Shown piece after piece: positions 50,749 through 61,320 of a stretch of 64,000 nucleotides of DNA (positions within the stretch are counted from its first letter, which is position 1; every line of letters begins with the position of its first letter). The position numbers and the translations under genes are program-made. The DNA comes from Laetmonice hystrix (Eukaryota), in assembly GCA_965235115.1 (NCBI GenBank), contig OZ249441.1, positions 10,168,001-10,232,000 of the forward strand, given 5' to 3'. The notes below the pieces were generated by a model, which was given only the letters and a program-made list of their open reading frames with translations, was not told the origin of the DNA and made no database searches.

Positions 50749-50959
50749 CTCAGTATTACAGTAAGGCAAATTAGGCCTAACGTTAGGGCTAGGGACTCGG
50801 ACTTGGCTAGCCCTAACGTAACGGTACCTTGGCTTTAGTTTAGAACAATACTTAAAAAAAAAAATTATTAGCCTGAATTAGGGCAGTGTTGCCTTGGCCG
50901 AGGGGAGGCCTACTGCCGTAGTCGTAGATCTAAGTACGGAAGCCGTGACGGCCACTCAC

Positions 50960-51055
50960 CCGACTCCTCACGTAGTTCCCGGTGTCTGCCACCAGTTCTT
51001 CAACATTTTTTGGACTGAGCACTTCGACCGTGCCGCGAATTTTAGTAGCTGCCAT
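50960..51055 (-). CDS. FAM228B: FAM228B-like, probable first coding exon
   Basis: aatATGG start. MAATKIRGTVEVLSPKNVEELVADTGNYVRSR|GTGAGT, phase 0, in a CpG-rich region. The 7 exons total 1164 nt (387 aa). Confidence 0.7.
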
Positions 51056-51820
51056 ATTGTCCTTCGAGTCTGACTGTGAGTGTGACTGCAGTCTCTGAGA
51101 CTGAGATGAGTTTTGTCAGCCTCAGCTCAGGCCGGGACGGTATCGCTGATCAGTAATGAAGGTCGAAAACGGTAACGTTAACCCAAAACAAGTAGACTCG
51201 AGTCTGGCAGAATGTAATACGATGTGTAGATCTAACACCAGCTAGTGTTTTTTCACTTCAGGCACGGCAATAAACTAACCCCAGATAAAAGATCAACACG
51301 TTCTCGATCGGATAGGTAAAGTTCCCACCAAAGCAAAGTCACGTTGGTACATGTCAACATGTGTTCAAACAGACACCGCCGGTCATGTGTTTCACTGTTT
51401 GTAAACAACATGGCATGCCATGCTCGTCATGACCCTTGCGGCCTTGGCCTTGAACTTAAGAAGTTAAGTTGAAGGCCGTCACACCTAGAGATTAGGCTAG
51501 TTAAGTAACCCCCCCCCCCCCCCCCCCCAAAGGCCGACAATATTTCAAAACTCACTTCAAACATGGATGCAGAGAATGTGATGCCCAAAGAAGAACGTGG
51601 TTAACCTGTTTCCAGACCGTCTACCGTGACCGTGGGCGTGGTCGCCTGATCCGTGGTGACCATCAACTTATCACGCGGAGTGGTGTGGTTGCTAAGGCAA
51701 TAATACTTTGTACTTCCGGGTCGCGGACATCGGGTCGTGCACGATTCACTGTCAAAAATCAGTGTCAGTGGAAGAGCTTGAGCTACCTGAGCTTCTTCTC
51801 TCCTACCTGGAAAGTTAAGT
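51056..51820. promoter_or_regulatory. Bidirectional promoter region between FAM228 (-) and PFN4 (+)
   Basis: CpG-rich. X-box-like GTTGCTAAGGCAAT at 51688-51701, ETS-like ACTTCCGG near 51713, plus-strand donor GTATGT at 51819 (probable PFN4 5' UTR exon). Confidence 0.55.
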
Positions 51821-54800
51821 ATGTCAAGTGTGGATCGTGGGGGTGTGTGTGTGTGTGTGTGTGTTGAATCAACGGGGCTGTCTGCAATAGATCACTTCCC
51901 GTCTCTCACCCGGACAGTCTCTGACTCTGAGACTGAGACGCGGCGTCAGACTCAGGGACAGACAGAGACAGAGACTACTGTACTGACTGCCTCAGCCTCA
52001 GCAAAGATCCTGGACGCTCAGGCCAGGTTCCATCATTCAGATGCTGTCAGAGACAGACTCAGAATCAGATGAAATGCTCTCGGACGTTCCGATTGGGGGA
52101 TTTCTTGTCCCGCCCGTCCACGTGACATTATGGAACGGATAACACAGCCCGGGCCGTCCACGGTGCACCGACCCTCGTCAGCATTTTAATACGGGGGGTG
52201 GGTTGGCCACGTTGGGATGGATTGGGGCGGGGGGGGGGGGGGGGGCTAGTACGTAGCCCATCAATGACGGAATCATACGGGACAATGGCGGATCCCCCGG
52301 AAAAATTGAGAACCCCCTTCAATGCTTCATATTTCAATTTTCATAGGAAATTAGGCTTTCGGCGCTCGCTCATGCAGGCCCGGTGCGCCCCCCCCCCCCC
52401 CCCCCCCGCCGGCAACGCTCGGTGCCTCGGGCTCCAGCCAGACGTGCTGGAGAGACGTGGGTCTACCATCGTTCACTAATTTCGAGATAGGCCTAAACTA
52501 GGCCTAGGCCTATAGATTGGATGCCTTTTTGTAGGGTAAACCTGTGTCTCTGTTTACTGTTACTTTAATACTACTATTACTAGGCTAACAAGTAATAGGC
52601 CTATTTATAGAAAATAATACTGTTCAAGGCTTAATCCATGAATCACATGATAGCCAAAGCCATGATTCACATGATAGCAATTAGCCTAATCTATAGACTA
52701 GTATAGTCATTGGATAGGCATGATTACCCCGGTAGTATTCCCGCCTTGCTCATCGTTTAAAATCCCAGCCAGTGACAGTGTTCACTCACGACTCTACCTT
52801 TACCCTAGCTCTAATTTAGTGACGGTGAAATCGCACAAGAGATTACTCTTTGACTTTGGACGGCGTTTATTGACGTAGTGATTCGTTGCCGCGGGCAGTG
52901 TACAGGTACATTGTATACGGATTACCATCGAGTGGTTATTAACGAACCGAGGAGGTCCAAAAGTCCAAGGTCCACGTTTGGCGTTCACTGCTGCCACCAT
53001 CCGGCGTCTGCCAGAACTAACAAAACCTTGACCACATAATAAAACTCAAGGTGGGATTTTATGGTGGGGACCCCACAGGGCTCCCTAAAATTGTACAACA
53101 CCACCTCAATGGACAGATATACATGTATTTAACACGTCACTGTTCTAATCCTTTGTAAATACCTACAAACAACCTATTGGATTATTTTGGCTTAACTACA
53201 GGTAGGCCTACGAACGCAGTCTGCCTATGCTATTTACTAAGCTACGATAATCCGTTGTCTGCTGCAGCAATACAATCTTAATAAGGCAACTTTGCAGATT
53301 ATATAAAATAAAGATTAACTGTCTATAATTAATAATACGTAAGCCTTATGTTTATTGACAGAAAAGATTACGCGTCTGACAGATTAAGAGAAACCTACAC
53401 TTTGAGTTGGCCAGTTGTTTGGTGTTATGAGATCCCCCCCCCCCCCACTCAGCATTGTGAAAATTACGATACTATCACTGAAATACAAAGGCTTTCTTAC
53501 AACTTGTTTCCATCGACGCCCTAGCCAATCCTCAATTTTATACTTGATATACATGTATGCTTTCCGAGCAATTTCCGAGTTGGTGTTTCACGCAATCCCA
53601 GAGCTGGTACAGACTATAGCTCTGAATGATTCTGAATGATTCCAAGATTCTGTGTATCTGGTAACCGACCAGCTTCTATGGGGATACAATTACTAATGGA
53701 GGATCCAGGACTTTGATAACGGAGAGCCCACCAAAAAAAAGAAGGAAAATCTAAGGGAGGCCGGGCCCCCTGCATCTCCCAGTGGGATGTGATGGTGTGT
53801 CGCGGATTCTTTTCTGGCAGTCGTTATAATCTACTTAGGCGCCGATATATAATCCCCTTGCACTCTGAAGTCGAATGGCCACTTTCCTGATTAACTGTTC
53901 CGCCAACTGTGGTTCCGGAGGGACCTTACATTACAAAGGGCACCTGTAAGTGAGCAGATAATCTTTAATTCCTGACAATCATAGCAACACAACCACCAAC
54001 GATAAAAAGTCATTCCCCACGATACTTCAGCAAGAAACAATCCTTGAATTATTTGGTTTATTTGCCTATTTACAGATATAACAATATCTTTTACTATGGT
54101 GTAAAATTGTGTGAGTTTTGAGAACTTGGACAGATTCACTTCCAGTGGAGTTAACCCTTCAGGACATATATTAGTGTCGGACAGGCATGCATGTTAAGAG
54201 TTAACATGAAATGGTAATCTGACACCTAAAGAAGTGTTACGGACTTGGGAACGAGGTGGGCACAGGGTGTGGACAGAGTGCGCCCTGTCGGAAGTGTCTG
54301 AGGTCAGCTGAACGCCGGTGTGTGTACGTGTGTTGACACTGCCAGGACCTGTGTATCTCACGACATACACCTCCAGACATAACGGAGTCCAGGAGGATTT
54401 ACCTGACCACTCAACGCCCAGGAGGTCAACCGCCATTGGTCACACCGTCAGTGGACTTGGAACCGCGTACTTTGTACATAGTAGACTACGCCTACACCAG
54501 TCCTGGAGGACATCAACCATAATCAATAAAGTACTCCTATATGGATTGGACAAGTATATCGACCTGATTCTATCTCAACTGAAGTAGCAGAAGGTCTTGC
54601 AGTCTGGGATAATTCTAGCGTTGACAACTGCTGACTCCCACTGGGGCACCAGTTCAAATATTGACAATGGCAGACCTCAATATGGAAACAAACTCTTATT
54701 ACCAAAAACAAGGTGTACCGGTAAGTGTGCCACGATGAGCTGATTGATCATAACCCCTGCCGAACTATCTCTGTAATTGTACGCTATAAGTATATAAGGA

Positions 54801-55418
54801 ATCGGACTGCCGACACGCGCCCGACACACGCGAGCGACGCCAGGTTAAACGGCGGCAAACGTTAGCCACCAGGTGGCGCATCTGTCGTTTGTCATTGGTT
54901 GTGCCGGTCGGAACACGTGGCCGTATCTCGCTTTAAGTCAAACCCATTTTATACAGTCTCTAGGGGAATGAATGCCGAGACAATGGGAAGACCTTAAATT
55001 GTAAGTTATAAGTTTAGTAATAGATAAATATTAAATGGTGTCACTCTCTATGTGCCATCATGAATCCCAGCACTGTGAGGAGACATCAGCTGTTCGTACG
55101 AGAGGAGTAGAATTGGCAACGTCATGTACACTTTAGTGGTAACCAGGTAATTAGATATTTTATTATGATGAAAGGAGTAGATCTAGGCCTACCCTTAGAA
55201 CTCTAGGGACAATCCCAGCTTCCATTTATTATAATATAGTGGGGTGGGGTGCCGTGGCGTGGGGTGGGGGTGGGCAGTAGGACTCAGAGTTCTGCTGCAA
55301 TCCTCACAAACACGACATTCTTGTCTGTGTTTGTAATCTATGATAAGGGGACGCTGAGTTTAAGATGACTATGTTTCTGACCGTATAGCATTCATTGTTT
55401 GACCAGGATATCGTCAAG

Positions 55419-55535
55419 ATGAATCAGCTACAGAACTTGTTACATGACGCCCTCGTGTCGACAGACCACGTCCAGAGCTGTGCCATTCTCCGGCGGCGGG
55501 ACTGCTCGCTGAGGGCCAGCTCGGTCGGCTTCAAT
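55419..55535 (+). CDS. PFN4: Profilin-4-like, first coding exon
   Basis: Acceptor tgaccag| at 55406. MNQLQNLLHDALVSTDHVQSCAIL...RASSVGFN|GTGAGT (human [24 protein letters not shown]...ASPGFN). Confidence 0.9.
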
Positions 55536-55764
55536 GTGAGTACACCCACACACCCTACACCCACACCCCACAAACACACAACTACCCACACCCACACCCC
55601 CGACAAATCTGAGCTGTGCCATCCGCCGGCAGCGGACTGACCAAAACATTGTGACACTCGCTTTAATTCTGATTCCTGATGACATGCTTTATAACCTCCG
55701 GTAGTCATATATCATTTATAATAAAGCCCGTTGTTTTCTGTAAATCGATTTAGAGAAGGTTTAA

Positions 55765-56060
55765 AAACAGTTCCAGCTGTAACCAGACCATGCAGAGTCG
55801 GATGAACATTGTTACTGTTCCAGCTGTACTCCGAGAGTCAGAGTCGGATGTTGTTAAGTACTGTTCCAGCTGTACTCAGAGCAGAGTCAGAGTCGGATGT
55901 TGTGACTAAATGAGCTTTACCCAGAACAGATTCCATCAGTTGCTACTGTTCCAGCTGTACCCGGAACAGATTCAGATGTTGCTACTGTTCCAGCTTTAAC
56001 CGAAACAGATCCAGATGCTGTTACTGTTCCAGCTGTACCCAGACCAGATTCAGATGTTGT
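55765..56060 (+). repeat. ~39-46-bp degenerate tandem that copies the PFN4 exon 2 acceptor
   Basis: TTCCAG|CT at ~55776, 55823, 55869, 55954, 55993 and the real site 56032. Confidence 0.85.
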
Positions 56061-56167
56061 TGGACGCCTTCAAGAACCCCGCCCATACGCGGGAGGAGGG
56101 AGTCTACTTTGATGACAAACAGTTCAAATGTGTGCGCGCCGACAAGAACTCGATATATGCGAAACAT
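56033..56167 (+). CDS. PFN4: Profilin-4-like exon 2
   Basis: ctgttccag|CTG...CAT|GTGAGT. FKNPAHTREEGVYFDDKQFKCVRADKNSIYAK (human [33 protein letters not shown]). Confidence 0.92.
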
Positions 56168-56438
56168 GTGAGTATTACTTAATAACTTGTTTATTAAGTG
56201 TTCGTTTTAACTGTATACCGAGAGAAACATTCCAGGACCTGAGTTTATAAATGATGAGGTGGTGAACTAAAGTGAACCCGACGATTCAAGAGGTTGGTTG
56301 TTTATCAGTTTTGATTATAACATCCAGGATGAGCGCCTGTTCCTTTTTTCTTTTTTGACTGTATACCTAAAGGCCACCTGGTGTATGTATATCGAAAGGA
56401 TGTGAATAAAATGGTTGTACGGTTCCTGTCTACTGCAG

Positions 56439-56544
56439 GGTCGGCGGGGACTCGTTCTGGTCCGGACTGCCACCCTACTCGTGGTGGCCACCTACACGGA
56501 AAATATGTACCCAAGTGTCTGTGTGGAGGCCGTAGAAAAACTAG
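56439..56544 (+). CDS. PFN4: Profilin-4-like exon 3 (short terminal exon not located)
   Basis: ctactgcag|GGT...CTA G|[29 protein letters not shown] (human [22 protein letters not shown]). Confidence 0.92.
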
Positions 56545-57629
56545 GTGGGTGAGGTAGTCATTTCTAGGGGAGCAAGTTATTAATGATCGAGTTTTCTGTA
56601 CGGTAAGAGGAAACCCCTGCATGAAGTTTTCTTGGCTAGTTCTATACGCCAGACTGTAGCGATTGTAGAATCACTGTAGTGACTGTGATTATACCTAATA
56701 ACTCCCAGCATTCAGAATTAAGGTTATGCTGGGTTGAATCGAGACAGGTAAGATTGGATTAATTACTCAGAGAAAATTGTAACGTAATAAACGTCTTACT
56801 TTGACCTATCTCTAAAGGAGATTTGAACTTTTATAACTCTGAAAAACATTTGGGTAAATGTAACATTGATTTGATATCTCTGAGTCTGTATAGAATGTTG
56901 ACATATTTTACACAGTACATTGTACATATGTTGTCCCTGACGTGCTGATGTTGTACTAATTCGAGACAACCGCGCCAGTGTAGGGACTAGGCCTAATTAA
57001 AACCATATTGGTTATGCGATCGGTATACATGTACGTCATGTATTGTACCATGGACTGTTGCCTGGGGCGACAGCATTTGCCGATGATAGACGTGAATTTG
57101 GGCACTCTAACCAGAGGGCCTGGCCGGAGGCAGTTTGGCGACAGGAGGCGACCCAAGCAGAGGCAGTTTGGCGGCAGGAGGCGAACCAAGCACTTCTCAT
57201 ATATATCACTAGGTGGCAGCACTAGCACCAGCTCGAGTTAAGGTTGGCTGGCTCAAGCTTGGACTCGCCACGCATGGCAGACACTGGGTGGCAGTGCTCC
57301 CAAAACTGGCCACCACCCAACTGGTCCCGTTTACCTGGCAGTAAAAATTATTGCATTTGGTTGTATTTATTTCCACTCTACCCATGGCTCTGGCAGCCGT
57401 ACATAACTGAGGGCAGGCTAGGGCCGCAATCAGACTAATGAAACGGGAACCAGGGACCAGGTGGTGAATAACATTCTGATTGACTGTGGTTAACTCCAGC
57501 TGGCCTTGAGTGGTGCCGGCCCACAGCCAACACATCTGTCGTGACGTACAGTCACAAACAACATGACGTGACCTTTGACCGAGTCACGCTTAACTGACCA
57601 GACAGGTGCCAGATCTTTGGGTCTATATG

Positions 57630-58290
57630 TATATCAAGGTCAAGGACAGCCTGAGGAAGGCCTCAGCTAGTACTGTAGCCTATATCAAAGTCAAGGACAG
57701 CCTGAGGAAGGCCTCAGTGTATATCAAAGTCAGGGACAGCCTGAGGAAGGCCTCAGTGTAATATATATATATATGTATCAAAGTCAGGGACAGCCTGAGG
57801 AAGGCCTCAGTCTATATGATATCAAAGTCAAGGACAGCCTGAGGAAGGCCTCAGGTTGTATGATATCAAAGTTAGGGACAGCCTGAGGAAGGCCTCAGGT
57901 TGTATGATATCAAAGTCAGGGACAGCCTGAGGAAGGCCTCAGTCTATATGATATCAAAGTCAGGGACAGCCTGAGGAAGGCCTCAGTCTATATGATATCA
58001 AAGTCAAGGACAGCCTGAGGAAGGCCTCAGGTTGTATGATATCAACGTTAGGGACAGCCTGAGGAATGCCTCAGTGTACCGGTATATCAAAGTCAGGGAC
58101 AGCCCTGAGGAAGGCCTCAGTCTATATGATATCAAAGTCAGGGACAGCCTGAGGAAGGCCTCAGTCTATATGATATCAAAGTCAGGGACAGCCTGAGGAA
58201 GGCCTCAGGCTGTATGATATCAAAGTTAGGGACAGCCTGAGGAATGCCTCAGTCTACCAAAGTCAAGGACAGCCCGAGGAAGGCCTCACT
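57630..58290. repeat. ~44-bp minisatellite with an internal palindrome
   Basis: ATATCAAAGTCAGGGACAGCCTGAGGAAGGCCTCAGTCTATATG. Confidence 0.92.
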
Positions 58291-58759
58291 AAGTGAGGAT
58301 GTGGCAGGGCGACGGGCTACGGAGGTCCATTAACAACTCAATTTCTTTATCATAATAATCAGAACAGAAATTAAGACGTGATTGGGACTGATTCAACGAC
58401 ATGGTCTCCTTAGAAACAGGATACGAGGAAACATACTTTCTTAGTAACAAGTGGCTTTAACTGACACAGCGTGCTGTGAAACCCTTTGATCATCGTGACG
58501 TCATATTTCTGGACAGATCCTTTATGTCATGAATCATCCCGAAAGCATCTATCATATTACCATATTTGGGCTTTAAAAAGATTAGTTAGTCAGGTACGGT
58601 TTAACGCAGAATGAGCAGGTTATGTTGTAATGCTGAGGAGAAAGAATAGTGATATACTGCCAATACTGTTTAATGTTTCATCGTAACGGAAAGGGGGAAT
58701 AAAAAAAGGGAAACATGACATTATACCTGACAGTGACTTTTACTCCCACATCTGCCAGT

Positions 58760-59870
58760 CAGTGTTATCCTGATACGATCTGCCACAGGCAGTGTTATCC
58801 TGATATACAATACGATCTGCCACAGTCAGTGTTATCCTGATACGATCTGCCACAGTCAGTGTTATCCTGATACGATCTGCCACAGTCAGTGTTATCCTGA
58901 TACGATCTGCCACAGTCAGTGTTATCCTGATACGATCTGCCACAGTCAGTTATCCTGATACGATCTGTCACAGTCAGTGTTATCCTGATACGATCTACCA
59001 CAGTCAGTGTTATCCTGGTACGATCTGCCACAGTCAGTGTTATCTTGATACGATCTGCCACAGGCAGTGTTATCCTAATACGATCTGCCACAGTCAGTGT
59101 TATCCTGATACGCTCTGCCACAGGCAGTGTTATCCTGATACGATCTGCCACAGTCAGTGTTATCCTGATACGATCTACATCTGCCACAGTCAGTGTTATC
59201 CTGATACGATCTGTCACAGTCAGTGTTATCCTGATACGATCTGTCACAGTCAGTGTTATCCTGATACGATCTGTCACAGTCAGTGTTATCCTGATACGAT
59301 CTGTCACAGTCAGTGTTATCCTGATACGATCTGTCACAGTCAGTGTTATCCTGATACGATCTGTCACAGTCAGTGTTATCCTGATACGATCTGCCACAGT
59401 CAGTGTTATCCTGATACGATCTGCCACAGTCAGTGTTATCCTGATACGATCTGCCACAGTCAGTGTTATCCTGATACGATCTACCACAGTCAGTGTTATC
59501 CTGATACGACCTGTCACAGTCAGTGTTATCCTGATACGATCTGCCACAGCCAATGTTATCCTGATACGATCTGCCACAGTCAGTGTTATCCTGATACGAT
59601 CTGCCACAGTCAGTGTTATCCTGATACGATCTGCCACAGTCAATCTGAGTGGTATCCTGGTACGATCTGTCACAGTCAGTGTTATCCTGATACGATCTAC
59701 CACAGTCAGTGTTATCCTGGTACGATCTGCCACAGTCAGTGTTATCTTGATACGATCTGCCACAGTCAGTGTTATCCTGATACGATCTGCCACAGTCAGT
59801 GTTATCTTGATACGATCTGCCACAGGCAGTGTTATCCTGATACGATCTACCACAGTCAGTGTTATCCTAA
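58760..59870. repeat. 30-bp minisatellite (~36 copies)
   Basis: ATCTGCCACAGTCAGTGTTATCCTGATACG. Confidence 0.96.
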
Positions 59871-60914
59871 TTCGATATGAGGCGGCACATTTCTCCCCAT
59901 GGTAATTATATGTAACGACGCCGTGTGGCATGCCGGCCCACAGACTTCAGACCTATAAAGTAGCTTGATTACGCCCTGGCTGGTGTATAGAAAGGCCTTT
60001 GACCGTGGGCACAGTGTGTCCTTGGTACCTTCCTCTGCAGTATCGCATACCAAACAAATGTTTCACCCCCAATTTGGGAGGATTGGTTCAGGCGAGAAAA
60101 TGGTGTCGATAAACCTTAGATAACCTTGCGGGTTGACTTGCTCACAAATCAAACACATTTGGTATTTATTATTCGATGAGAGGCACAGTAAACGTACCGT
60201 GGGAGCGTATATCGGCATGATATTCTTCCTGGCAGGATTTAGCTGGGATTGCAGCTTCTTTGATCCGCGGATTATCGTTCTATGTGAGGATAAGGCTCAA
60301 TGTATACTAGTATCAGGGACCAGTCAATGTATGCCACCTGGTATTGGTGACCAGTCAATGTCTGGGGCTAGTCTAGCAGTCAGTGACCATCTTGGCTCGC
60401 CAATATTGTAACCTTGACCAGTCGATGTAGGTCAATGTTGGAAAGTGTGGAGTCCGGATTTATCATTTTTACGAGGTTAATCCACAGGTGGCATGCTGTC
60501 ATCGCCTCTGATTATGATAAACGAGAGATGAGCAGCATGACTGTCAGCCTGAAATTATTGACCCCTGATTGTCCACTCTTCATCGACAGGACGGATATAC
60601 TGGTCTGGTATGTGGCCATTCACCTACCGGTAAACGGCTATTCACAACAAAACATGATCTCTGCATTATTATACGTTTATATATAGGGTCTGTGTTCTAA
60701 AATATGTCCCAGCGAACTCTACCCAGAATGTCCTTTTATTATTAGGTCGAGATTTACTCTCAGGGATTTAAATATTGAGGCCTTGCCATCCAAGAAGGTT
60801 TCGTAATGTTCGTTCTCAACAGTTCACTCCGACATGTCTGTGAAAGCTTGTGAAGTGTATAAAGTTTGTCTGGTCAGCTATAGACGGATGTTCACACAGT
60901 GTACAGTGTACTTC

Positions 60915-61320
60915 ACTTCGTTCATGAACCTCATCATCATGTGAGAGGCCAATCTGATCCACTGATCCACTGAGTCACTTCGTCCATGAACCTCATCATC
61001 ATGTGACAGGGCAATCTGATCCACTGATCCACTGAGTCACTTCGTCCATGAACCTCATCATCATGTGAGAGGCCAATCTGATCCACTGATCCACTGATCC
61101 ACTTCGTTCATGAACCTCATCATCATGTGAGAGGGCAATCTGATCCACTGAGTCACTTCGTCCATGAACCTCATCATCATGTGAGAGGGCAATCTGATCC
61201 ACTGATCCACTGATCCACTTCGTTCATGAACCTCATCATCATGTGAGAGGGCAATCTGATCCACTGATCCACTGAGTCACTTCGTCCATGAACCTCATCA
61301 TCATGTGAGAGGCCAAGATC
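60915..61320. repeat. ~54-62-bp minisatellite
   Basis: CTTCGTCCATGAACCTCATCATCATGTGAGAGGGCAATCTGATCCACTGA... Confidence 0.92.

Noticed and set aside
58795-59931. 378-aa ADRIRITLTV ORF and the opposite-strand 286-aa ORF
   Set aside because: A 30-bp unit without stops is open on both strands by construction.
60130-60700. Possible LINE remnant
   Set aside because: All frames contain multiple stops and I recognised no diagnostic RT or endonuclease motif.
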